DNA of 64,000 nt from Mustelus asterias (taxonomy: Eukaryota). Positions 1 through 11,340 of the stretch are shown in pieces. Each line of letters begins with the position of its first letter. Positions within the stretch are counted from its first letter, which is position 1. The notes below the pieces were generated by a model that had not been told where the DNA came from, searched no databases, and saw only the letters and a program-made list of their open reading frames with translations. The stretch spans positions 4,712,001 through 4,776,000 of the forward strand of contig NC_135830.1 of assembly GCF_964213995.1 (NCBI RefSeq), read 5' to 3'. The translations under genes and the position numbers were made by a program.

Positions 1-1299
1 GATCATTCTCAGCAATATATCTATGTTACTAACTGCACCTCCGAGTTTATTTCATGTTCTATGTTTGAAAATATTATGCATTTTCTTCATTGTCAGACGC
101 TCGTTTAGTCTGCTTTAATTTTGTACCGACTATCAGCAAATATATTCTGAAGACCAAGCGAGGGAAGTTAACTGAGCTGAGTTGAATAAATTAGGTCAAC
201 ATTCTCTCGAATGTTGAAGAATGTGAGAAAATCCTCGTTGAAACACCAAACAATCGGAAGGGGTTTGACAGGGCAGTCACTGTTTCTGCTGGTCGGCGAA
301 AGCAAAACAAAAAACGGGGATGCAGTCTTTTGATGTGTGAGCGTCGTTTAGGACTGAGATGAGGAGACTTTCTTTCAATCGTGGTTTTGAATCTTGGGAA
401 TTCTTCACATTCGTTGGTTGGGGTAGGGTAGATGTATCTTTGATTTTTTTCAAGAAATCAAAGGATATGAGGAATGGATGGGAAATTGCAGTGAGACCCA
501 ATATCCGACATTATTCTATTGAATGCTGAAGAATTGCACATTGCGTCTATGGTCTAGTCCTGAAAGAAAGTCTTATGTTCTTACGATTTACAATTTTTGA
601 GAAAAATTCAGGTTACTACTGTGAAATATTATCCATGATGATCAGATGAGTTATATTTTTGGTTCGTTTGTGTTGGGCAAATTATTAATTTATCTAGGTT
701 TCTGAAGGAAAACATGGTTCCGTCTTTGACAGACCAACATGTATTAGAATCAGGTTTTACAGAATGTGCCCATTAAAAATACACTTTGAATTAAATGCCA
801 CCTATAGCCTGACGTTCCTGACTGCTTGGGCTTTAGTGTTTGCAATCGTAGGACTACAAAATGTGAAGGGGATTACAAGTTATTTTTAATAAGAAGAGAG
901 TGTTGATTGGTTGGCAAATGGACTCCGATGGGTAGAGATTTTCCAAGGTGAATGTAGTAGCTAAATGTTGACTCAATGTTAACTACCATGTTTTGTTTAA
1001 ATTCAAACCAGGCAGCTTGACTCTGAGAAATGAACCTGAGCACGGCTGTCGCCTATTTTGTTCAGAGGAAAGACACAATGTGTGTACATGTTCTTTCTGT
1101 CTCAATAGAACAGGGCTCTGAGTTTCAATGTATGCAACTTTATGGCGTTAGGTGCGCCACACTCACCACTATCATTAATTGATATATGTTTGGTGGTCGT
1201 GTGAATGTCCTGCTGAGTGCAAGATGTCTGTGACATATCTCTTTGTTCAGTGATGCTCAAGTTCTGTTCTAACATACGGGAGTATGAAAGATAATGTAC

Positions 1300-2060
1300 A
1301 TGTTTATCTGAAAATGAGGTATATTATGTGCATTATTTGCCTTCATTAATAAGTGTACTTTGTAGTTATTCATCGCTATGCATGCACTTGTGTGCTAATG
1401 TGTCAGTTTTTATGTGTGCTTATCATTGTTAGCAAGTGAGTGTTTATCGGGTGCGTTTATGTATCAATGTCTATGCTTCTGTATTAATGTACCTAATGAG
1501 GTGGGCTGATATGATCATGTGTTAGTGCTTATGGTTATGGAACAATTTGTGTATCGCTGTGTAAGTGAGCATCTTAATGTTTCTGTCTTCATGTGTGCGC
1601 TTGATATTCTATGTACATGAATGTCTATATGTACGTGTTGGTGAATGTTAATGTATCTCGGTGTGCTAGGAGGTATCTTTACTTGTGTTTGTTTTCTTGT
1701 ATCTGCGAGCATGCTCATGTTTGTGTCTCTGTTTGGGTCTGTGAATGTATTAATACATGGTGGCTTGTATTTGCGAATGCCCGCATTTCTTGATGTACGT
1801 GCATGTGTGTCCATGTCTGTGTCACTTTATATGACAGTTTTAACATGAATGTGTTTGAATTCATGAGAGGGGATGGGTTATTAATATTATCGGCTGTGTT
1901 TGCTCCTGAGTCTGAGTGTGTTTGTGGAGATGTATTTGTCGGTGTATCTGTCTATTTGTATTCCTGTATCAGCATTTCTATTATTCCTGCAAGTTTAGGC
2001 GAGCACTATGAACTCAAGGTGGCCCTGTCGGTTTGTGTTACTGCAATACTTGCCTTTTTC
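1300..2060. repeat. TG-rich low-complexity tract
   Basis: Decayed (TG)/(TA) composition that explains the spurious ORFs here. Confidence 0.6.
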
Positions 2061-2907
2061 TGGTCATAGATATATTTCAATGCGGGCTGTAATGTGATTT
2101 TAGCCGAATGAAATTAACAGTTCAGTCAGCAGCCCTCGGAATGTAAGTGGAAAAACAGAAGCAACTGGTAGGATCCAATCACCAGTGAATTATTGGGCCA
2201 TTCAAATTCAATTTATCATATGATTAGGAGGGACAAATGTAACCAGAAATGTTTGCATTATGTTGTGCTGCATACATATGCATGTTGCACATGATTCCCA
2301 TGAAGCACGTTTTAAATTTTCAGGCAGTGAGATGGAAGCCCATTTTGATGCCAATGGTAACTGAGTTCAGAGGGTAGTAAGCGGTTGCCGAGTCTGTGCA
2401 TCGTTGGTTAAGAATTGCCCTTTCTGCTCTCTGCAGAGTAATAATGAGTTAACAGTTGTTCTTTTCCCTCTCTCTGTCTGTTGGTGAAGTCAATGCAGAG
2501 TGGGTTTAAATTGTCATTTCCCACATCTGCAGTTGGGATTATAATTCAGGTTCCTATTCTTATTTAGTTCTCACTTTAGTTTTAATACTTTGATGGGATT
2601 GACAAAAAACTAGAAATGAGACATTTGTACTGAAAGGTTATGCATTTATTTCTCGGAAATTGAACTTTTTCACATCTCCCAGCAACTGGAAGAATGTTGC
2701 TGAAGTTCCTCAGTGGAATCACGGATTTACTAACCATCAGCCGTGTCCGCTTAGTGTTGTATCTCAATCTGGCGAACTGGCTCTCTCAGACTGGGGCATA
2801 AGTCTGACAACTATCCTACTTCAACCTAACAGTTCTCCCCTTGACAAATATGGGAAACAAAAGTAATTCGTCTGATGTATTTTAACACACAAGTAGAGCA
2901 AAATGAT

Positions 2908-2913
2908 TTTATT
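2908..2913 (-). terminator. Poly(A) signal of the secreted IgM transcript
   Basis: AATAAA on the minus strand ~33 nt after the tailpiece stop. Confidence 0.75.
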
Positions 2914-2945
2914 TTTTTAACGTCGGAAATGCAATATGGAGTTTC

Positions 2946-3316
2946 TCATTGAGAATAATTGGAAATGTTCACAAAACACGATTTACCGCTGGATTTATTA
3001 ACCGTTCTGTTGATGATCTTCAAAGGGATGGCTTCATGTCCCACCACACAGGAATAAGAAGTGCTGCTGTCCCACTCCTCTGCTGCAATGGACAACAGGC
3101 TGTACATGAAGAATGAGCGATTGCCATTCTCCGCCACCACCTCGGTGTTCTTGTAGTTCTCAGGATTCAGCGGCGTGTCATCGACGGTCCATTTGACGAA
3201 GATCTCTCTGGGAGAGAAACCTCTCACTAAGCAGCTGAGGGAGACGAATCTCTGAGCGGAGACTTCTTCTGCCGAGGGCAGGAGGACAGAGACGTACGGT
3301 TTCAGCGGATTTGGAT
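2946..3316 (-). CDS. IGHM: IgM heavy chain CH4 exon plus short secretory tailpiece ([13 protein letters not shown])
   Basis: [35 protein letters not shown]...[25 protein letters not shown]; acceptor GCAG at 3320-3317; internal G|GTAAA membrane-form donor at 2987/2986; TGA at 2948-2946. Confidence 0.95.
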
Positions 3317-3569
3317 CTGCAGAAAATGTTCATTAGATGTAAGCATACTGGAGAATTCCTGAGACAAAAGATGAAAGAAACATGCTTTGCAGCAAAATAC
3401 AAAACATTGCCATATTCCCCTCTGGTGACTGTTCTGTTTTCAAGCTGAGCGAGTGAATTCCTTCTCCCTGAGAAATTCTAGAGTTGAACTGGAAACTGGC
3501 ATTGTATGTTTGTATGTTTTTATCATGTCATTCGGCCCAACTGTTCAATGCTGGCATTTATTATTCACA

Positions 3570-4520
3570 GTAAGAAGTCTCACAACACCAGGTTAAAGTC
3601 CAACAGGTTTATTTGGGAGCAAATACCATAAGCTTTCGGAGCAATGCTCCTTCGTCAGATGGAGTGGTCTCTGTTCTCAAACAGGGCACAGACACAGAAA
3701 TCATTACAGAATACTGATTAGAATGCAAATCTCTACAGCCAGCCAGGTCTTAAATGCACAGACAATGTGGGTGGAGGGAGCATTCAACACAGGTTAAAGA
3801 GATGTGTATTGTCTCCAGACAGTACAGCTTGTGAAATTGTGCAAGTCCAGGAGTCAAGCTGTGGGGGTTACTGATAATGTGACATAAATCCAACATCCCG
3901 GTTCAGACCGTCCTCATGTGTGCTACGTAGCGTCCTCAGACGCTACGACAACGGATGAATGAACACCGCTCGACAATCACCAGGCAAGACTGTTCTCATC
4001 CTGTGGGGGAGCACTTCAGCAGTCACGGGCATTCAGCCTTGGATCTTCAGGTAAGCGTTCTCCAAGGCGGCCTTCACGACACACGACAGCGCAGAGTCAC
4101 TGAGCAGAAACTGATAGCCAAGTTCCGCACACATGAGGACGGTCTAAACCGGGATGTTGGATTTATGTCACATTATCAGTAACCCCCACAGCTTGACTCC
4201 TGGACTTGCACAATTTCACAAGCTGTACTGTCTGGAGACAATACACATCTCTTTAACCTGTGTTGAATGCTCCCTCCACCCACATTGTCTGTGCATTTAA
4301 GACCTGGCTGGCTGTAGAGATTTGCATTCTAATCAGTATTCTGTAATTTGATTTCTGTGTCTGTGCCCTGTTTGAGAACAGAGACCACTCCATCTGACGA
4401 AGGAGCATTGCTCCAAAAGCTTATGGTATTTGCTCCCAAATAAACCTGTTGGACTTTAACCTGGTGTTGTGAGACTTCTTACGGTGCTTACCCCAGTCCA
4501 ACGCCGGCATCTCCACATCA
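3570..4520. mobile_element. Penelope-like retroelement, 5'-truncated, with inverted pseudo-LTR and GIY-YIG C-terminal fragment
   Basis: ORF 3955-4182 (RMNEHR...VGEHFS...EQKLI...GLN); ~355-bp arms 3568-3923 and 4127-4484 inverted; flanking duplication CATTTATTATTCACA at 3555-3569 and 4519-4533. Confidence 0.88.
3626..3662 (-). ncRNA. Minimal type I hammerhead ribozyme motif (Penelope-associated)
   Basis: CCAT-CTGACGA-AGGAGC ATT GCTCC-GAAA-GCTT-ATGG. Confidence 0.7.
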
Positions 4521-4767
4521 TTTATTATTCACACCAGACACTTTCCATCTTGAAAGCAAATCCTGTCATTCCTTTCTGTTTCATATGCCTATCTTGATTT
4601 CCCTATAATTCATCACCTTTTGTCGCACAGCGCTCAGTTGAAGGAAGTACAAGTTGGCCCATCTAATTTGTCCACTAAATCAATCAAGTCCATCGGAAAG
4701 CTTCTCCTTTTATTGGCAACGTAAACAGACACAATGCATGACCTATTGCTTCAGTTTCGCCGCTCAC

Positions 4768-5076
4768 CTGTTTCCTTGTAGATGGATTTTCTCAAAGGAG
4801 TCGGCAGATCCTCGTGGCTCACCAAGCAGTCAAACACAGCTCCACTCAGCCAAGCTTGTGTCGAGATGCTTAAGTGGCTGCCCACGCTTTCTGGATCCTC
4901 TCCAAGCCGGACTGCAATCTCTGACGTCAAAGGCTTCGTTTCTTGGCTCCAGGACACCTTGACTCCATAAGGAGCATTAGCCACGATGCAGGTTAAGGTC
5001 ACGATCGCCTCCAGTAAAACCTGCTCTATTGTCGGAGGCAGCAGAGTGATTATGGGATCGCTGCACGTAGAATCAT
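4768..5076 (-). CDS. IGHM: IgM heavy chain CH3 exon
   Basis: [19 protein letters not shown]...W...[15 protein letters not shown]; acceptor ACAG, donor GTGAGC; 309 nt. Confidence 0.95.
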
Positions 5077-5529
5077 CTGTCAAACAGAAACGAAAATTAA
5101 TCCAAACATTATCTTCAGATTCAAATCACCGGTGTTCAGTTAACTCACTTTCAATGGGAATACATATTTGTTCTACTCATTCGCTTGGTATCGCGTAAAC
5201 GCCATTCTTATTTGAAGGACAGTGACTTAGAACAATTCCGGGAAACTCCATAATATTTCCTGCGTAGTTGCTCCCAGAGCGCCAGTTGAATCTCTGAAAT
5301 AAATGTCCCGTGTAACAAATGGAATGGATTTATGAGCACTTATGTTTCGGGCTGAATTTCGTTCGCCCCAAAATCAGGGGTTAAAGGATCATCGTATGAT
5401 TACAGCAAATAAGGTAGCTATTTAGTCTTCTAAAGCTTTTGCCTTTGAAGTCAGAGGTTGGAAAGGCAGCTTGTCCCATTACCACATCCATTCCCTGTAG
5501 TCCCTGTAGTCCCTGAATAACTGGAAATT

Positions 5530-6590
5530 GGCGAATGTGCTGTACTTGGAGCTCCAGATGGTTTTGCGTAAAATTAAAGCCTATTATTTCGGGATAACTC
5601 ATTGGCAAAGATAGAAGATTGGCTATCAAGCCGGAAAGAGAGTTGGCATCAATTCGTCTATTCGTGTTTGGCAAGGTGTAAAGAGGCGTGCACCATAGGG
5701 ACCATTGCTGGGGTCCAAATAATTTAGAAATTGTATGTGAATTGGATGGACGTGTTGAAGTGGTGGTGGCTTAATTTGCTACTGGCACAATTATAGCTTG
5801 AAAACTAAGTTATGCCGAGCAGGTAAGGAGATTACAAAAACATATAGATAGGTTAAGTGAGTGGGCTAAGATCTGTTAAATGGAGTGCAATGTGGGAAGC
5901 AATGACATTGTCCATTCTGGCAGGCGGAATAAAAAGATACATGTTATTCAAATGTTACCAGATTGTAGAGCTCTGAGGTGCAGATGAATTTTAATTTCGA
6001 AGTGCATGAATCACAAAAGGCTGCTATGCAGCTATAGTAACTAATTCGCAAATGTAATAAATGTTTTCATTGACTGCGAGTGGAATTCAATCCAAGAGCA
6101 GGATTGTTAAGTTTCAGGTGGTATGGGCAGTTAGTGAGACCACATCTGGAGCATTGTGTACACTATTAGTCTCCCTATATAAAGAGTTATGTTAACGTGT
6201 GATTAATAGTTCAGGGACGGTTTACTAGACTAATTCCTAAATTGGGTGGGCTGTCTTTTGAGGAAACATTGGAAGGGCGAGCCTTGCATTCACTGGATTT
6301 TGGAATAGTAAGAGTTGACTTGATTAAAACCTTGAATATCCTGAGCGATTTGAGAAGATTGATGTGGAGGAAATGCCTGACTCTGTGGGAGACTCTAGAA
6401 TTGAGAGTTACTGTGTGAAAACAAAGGGTTGCTGATTAAGGCACAGATGAGGATATTGTTTTTTTTATTCTCTCAGAGGGTCGCGATTATTTGGAACACC
6501 TCTTGAAAATGCAGTGGAAGCAGTGTCTTTTAATATTTTTAAGGCACAGCAAGACAGATTCTTGATAAACAAGGCAGCGAAAGGTTCACG
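5530..6590 (+). mobile_element. Old CR1 LINE fragment in the CH2-CH3 intron
   Basis: Degenerate RT/3' motifs (GTGAGACCACATCTGGAGCATTGTGT). Confidence 0.7.
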
Positions 6591-8393
6591 GAGGAGTCCC
6601 AGCCTCAACACATCTAGTGGAATGTACTGTTTTAAGGGATTTGTATCTGTACTGTAAAGATTAGAAACAAGCTGTTCAGGAATAAGTTCGTTTAATGTCG
6701 TCTTTCTGTGCAAGGAAACATAAAGCTAGATTTAGATGCACGCGAGACAGAGTTGTTCAAATGTGTGCGGGTTTTGGTTTCTATTCAAACTCTGATTCTA
6801 TTGTGCTTAGAATGGTTACAGCGTGAAAAGCTGACAGTTGCTTAGTAATCACTTTTTAGATTGAAGGGGTCTCTTTTGTTTTTAATTTAACTGGAAGCCA
6901 AAGAAGTTGGAGATAGGTCACTGGGGAGTGAACGCCGATCAACTCTACGGGAAAAATAAAGCTGGACAGGGCAAGGGGGCTGCAATAGGCAGACTTCCCA
7001 ATGAACCTGATAAAGTGAACAGGCAGCAGGTGAATTAGGACAGAGGGAAGGTCTTACAAAGACTGAGGTTAACGGAACAGAGACCAAGGTCCTGTTCAGG
7101 GGAATTCAAGGGAAAAGCAGGTAACTTATTCTGAGTTGAAGAGACAGTCGCAGTAACAAGATTTAAGATGGGAAGGCAGTCTGCGGAAGTAAATCAAACG
7201 TTCCATGCCATTTTCATGGAGTATGGAAAATGATAGTACAAGTAACTGTGAAGAATTCTTACAATAGTAAAGACAAATAAAAAATCCTAAAGAAAGCGAT
7301 GTAAAACCTGGATGCGGAATTCATTGTTAAGCTTTCTTCGAAACAGTAGTTTAGAATAACTGGAATGGTTTTGCAACGCAAACTGCTGGTGGAAACCAAT
7401 TTTTTGAAAGTCGATTTTAAAGCACTTTGGGAGAGGAGTTTGAAAACGCTGCTTTGACAATTACTGGGGAATTTGAGGCGAAATTCACAGAATGTCGCTT
7501 GGGTTCAGAGTGGATTACCCATTAATCTTTTATACCCAAGGGAATGCAAGCTTCATCTGTGAACTTATCATGCTGGGGCTTAAACTGAACACAGAAGTGG
7601 AATGACGTGAGAAATTGCAAGTGGAATCATGGACAATTTTAATAAAGGTTTGCAGGTATCTAATATCGTCCAATGAATTTCGGGGAAAACTGAAACCCAC
7701 GATCCTCAGTCATCATGCAGCATTGGAACAAAACATCGCCTCATTCTGTGAGGTAATGGAATCCAGAGCACTGAAGAATTCCATTCAGAAAGATCTGTTG
7801 TTACTTCCCTTCTGGATGTTTGAAAAGTGAGCTGACACCAGCAATGTACTAATGAGCAAGTATTGTATCCTGCCAATTGCCAACTTTGACATCAGACATT
7901 ATGCCGAAATCGGCTTCGTTGTTGTCACATTAAAATTCCCAGGGCAATGGGAAGAAAACCAGGCTAGGTCTTTCAGCTATTAAAGTGAAATACTGCAGGT
8001 GCCGGGAATCTGGAAAATAGACACAGAACGCTGGAAAACATCGACACATTTGATTGTTTCTTCGTCAAAATACGTTCCTCAACAAATGAGTGAAACAAAA
8101 GGCTTTTTCTGAGAGTTTTCTCCACAACAGAGAGATGCTAAATTGTCCACACTGCAATGAGCTCATCTCTAAATTAGACTGTGAGTATTTTGGGACAACC
8201 TGATGTTTGTAAAGACGCTGTAAGAAAGGAATGTACTGTATTTCCTTTTACATTGGAAGGGAAAAGGACCCGCACGATTGTAAAGGAAATGAATTAATGG
8301 TGGGAATTGCTTTCATTATTCCAATAAGAATCTTGCGTGTGACTGAGATTGGCGCTCCCTATCACCCCAAATTTCAAGGGTTGTGTCTCTTAC

Positions 8394-8705
8394 CTTGAGA
8401 TCTGCTGATGTTACGATTTTGAGTGAGCCCTTGATGAGTGACCTGGCAGGTATAGACCGCTTTTCTGAACCATTCCCCAGCGGGGACTGTGAGCCGGCTG
8501 CTCGCCGAGAAGTTCCCGTTCACGTTAAAGGCGGGGGAGGTTACAATTCCTGAATCTATGGGTTGTCCATTCTTCAGCCACTTCACCGTCATTGACTTTG
8601 GACAAAAATCAACGATGGAACAGACGAGGGTTGCAAGTCTGCTGCTTGTGATCTCTTCACTGGAACTCAACGTGAGGATTACAGTTGGATAATAGATCAC
8701 ACGAT
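8394..8705 (-). CDS. IGHM: IgM heavy chain CH2 exon
   Basis: [15 protein letters not shown]...LVCSIVDF...WLKNG...YTCQVTH; acceptor GAAG, donor GTAAGA; 312 nt. Confidence 0.95.
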
Positions 8706-9374
8706 CTTCAAGAAAATACATGTTATTGGCATTTAATCTTGTTGCAGACCAAACAATTTACAAACATAAGATAAAGGCCAAACAATTAAAAAATGTAGGT
8801 TGGTTGTCAAAACGACTGTAAAGCAGATCACTCGGTCCATCATTTCAATGCCAGAGTTTATGCTCCATACAAAATTCTTCTCGCCCTACTTTATCTGGCA
8901 GTATCAAAATAACTTTCTTTACATTTTCCCTCATGCATCTGTTCAGTTTCCTCTTCAGAGCATCGATGTAACTGCATCGACTTATTCGACCGCAATCAAA
9001 TCTGCCATGATCTTGTCACGTGGTGGGGGAAACTCGAGGGGTTGAATGACCTACACCTGTTCCGAACCACGTGTTCTGCGTTTCTAACGCCCCAACTGCT
9101 ACAAGTGTTACTTGACGGGTTGCATTTTTGGTGAGTAATTTTCTGAATTGCTAACCTGTAGTTTAAAATCATTCTGTTTTCTCCATTAGCTCTAGTTTTG
9201 GTAAACTGCTGACCACCTCGATTTCATCACACCTCAGAATTCTCTTCTGCAGAGAAAAGACCAACAACTTATTCACCCCTTATTGATATTATACATGATC
9301 AGTTCTGGTCTCATCGTAAATAGGCAAGCATCTACTCCATGGCCCCTGTATCAACTTCCCAATGTGGAAGCCAC

Positions 9375-9712
9375 AACTGTACATAGGATTCAAGGTGTGA
9401 CATGAAGGCACCAACTGTACACAATGCACCGCGTGTGATCTGGAGACCATAATTGTACACATGGCACTGTGTGGTCTGCAGACTAGAACTGTACACAATT
9501 CACTGGGAGCGATCTGCAGTCCAGAACTTTACACAACGCACTGAGTATGATCTGCAGTTCAAACCTGTACACAACGCACTGAGGGTGATCTGCAGACCGG
9601 AACTGTGCACAGTGCACTGACTATGCGAAGGGACTGAAACTGTACACAGTGCATGTGTGCGTTGAGGACACCGGAACAGTACATGGTGCAGAGTGTGATG
9701 AGGAGACTGCAC
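9375..9712. repeat. ~38-bp degenerate minisatellite (about 8-9 units) in the CH1-CH2 intron
   Basis: Unit such as AGAACTGTACACAACGCACTGAGTGTGATCTGCAGACC repeated. Confidence 0.8.
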
Positions 9713-9888
9713 TGAATGTCACAAGGAAAGTAGGATTATCCAGAGTAAACCAAGTATAAGTACACAGATTTCACACAATACAGACCTTCAATTCATAATC
9801 ATATACTCCAGAATTAGTACCTGTCTGCTTACAATTCACCCCCATAAAATCACCAACACCGAATCCACTGCATGTGTCTCAGACTAAC

Positions 9889-10188
9889 CTGGCATTTCCT
9901 TTTTCCAGGCCGACTCACTGCGTCGCACCTCGCAGTAAATTTTGCTGCTTCCTATATCAGACTCTTTTATGGTTAACTGGCTGCTCAGCGTGTGGGATCC
10001 CTTGTTGTTTAACACTGATGGGTACGTCCTCAATCCAGTGGTGATCGCCACTTGATTTTTCTTCCAGACAAGGCTAGTGATTTCTGGGAAATAGTCCATT
10101 GCCAAACAGCCGTAGATCATGGTACCAGCTGCGTTTGTTTGTTCACTGGAGGAGAACAGTCCATAGAGGGAGGGCGGAGACGGTGAGG
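9889..10188 (-). CDS. IGHM: IgM heavy chain CH1 exon
   Basis: [17 protein letters not shown]...[10 protein letters not shown]...WKK...IYCEVRR, typical of shark Cmu1; AG acceptor 10190-10189, donor GTTAGT; 300 nt, phase 1. Confidence 0.95.
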
Positions 10189-10229
10189 CTGCGAGAACAA
10201 AAAATCAATTGCACAGGTTAGACACTGTT

Positions 10230-11340
10230 ATCCCTGTTTATTTGGATGGAGGTAAAAAACAGCAAGGAAAGAAGACATTGTTGGGAGTAGTGTATAGACA
10301 ACCAAACAGTCGCCACACCATAGGAAAGGGTATAACTTGAAAATAGTAAGTGCATATAAATATAATGGAGCAATAATTACGGGCCAATTTAATTTCATGT
10401 TGATTGGGCTCATCAGGTTGGAAATGAAAGCTAGGACAACGAACTCAGAGAGTGCCTAATGGATAGTTTCCTAGAGCAACATGTCATGGAACCAACCAGG
10501 GAAAAATCTACTATCGATCTTCCAAGGGGTAATGAGGCAAGTTTAATAAAAAACCTCAGACGAAAAGATTCCCGAGGAAGTAGTGATCAAAATGTGATCG
10601 AAATTAATATTCAGTTTGAGAGTGAAACATTTGGGTCCGAAACAACTGTGTTTAAGTTAAGTAAAGAAATAACAATGAAATGATGATAGAATTAGCTAAA
10701 GAGAACTAGATGAATAAATTAGCCAGAAATATAAGAAGCAAGAAGTGCAGATATTTAAGGAAGCAATTAATGACTCTCAGCAAAAATATATCCTAGAAAG
10801 GATGAAACAATCTCAGAGAGGGATAAACCAACCATGGTTAACCAAGGAGAGTATTAAGTTGCAAGATAAAAAGCATATAAGGAGGCAAAATTCAGTGATG
10901 GCACCGAAGACTGGATTAATTCGGAATGCATCAAAGGGGGACTAAGAAAATAACGTGAGAGAAATTAAACTATGAGGGCAAATTAGCGAAGAATATCAAG
11001 ACTAAGAATAGGATCTTCTTTCAATAAATAAAAAGGAAGCGAGAGGTCAAAGTGAACATAGGCCCCTCAGAAAACGAATTCAGGAATATGGTTATGTGGA
11101 ACCAGGAAACGGCAGAAGAGTTGAAAAGATATGTTGCATCAATATTTACGGTGGAAGAAATTTCGAACATTCCATTAACACTAAAGATACGGAGTGGAAT
11201 TAAATGCCATCACAATCACGAGAGAAGTAATATTAGAAAAGCTAATGGGACTAAAGGCAGAAATGTCCCCAGACCCTCAGGGCTTGCATCCTAGGATCCC
11301 AAACTTTGCAACTTCAGAAATAGTGAATGCATTGGTTGTA
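10230..11340 (+). mobile_element. Old CR1 LINE endonuclease/RT fragment immediately 5' of CH1
   Basis: DSFLEQHVMEPTRE, SSDQN, QPWLT, SPDPQGLHPRI motifs. Confidence 0.75.

Noticed and set aside
1515-2069. Hydrophobic ORFs as IgM TM exons or membrane proteins
   Set aside because: Products of TG-rich low complexity; the hydrophobic ones are on the wrong strand and lack the conserved antigen-receptor TM motif
9375-9712. CRISPR-like array
   Set aside because: Contiguous degenerate tandem units without unique spacers, in a eukaryotic intron
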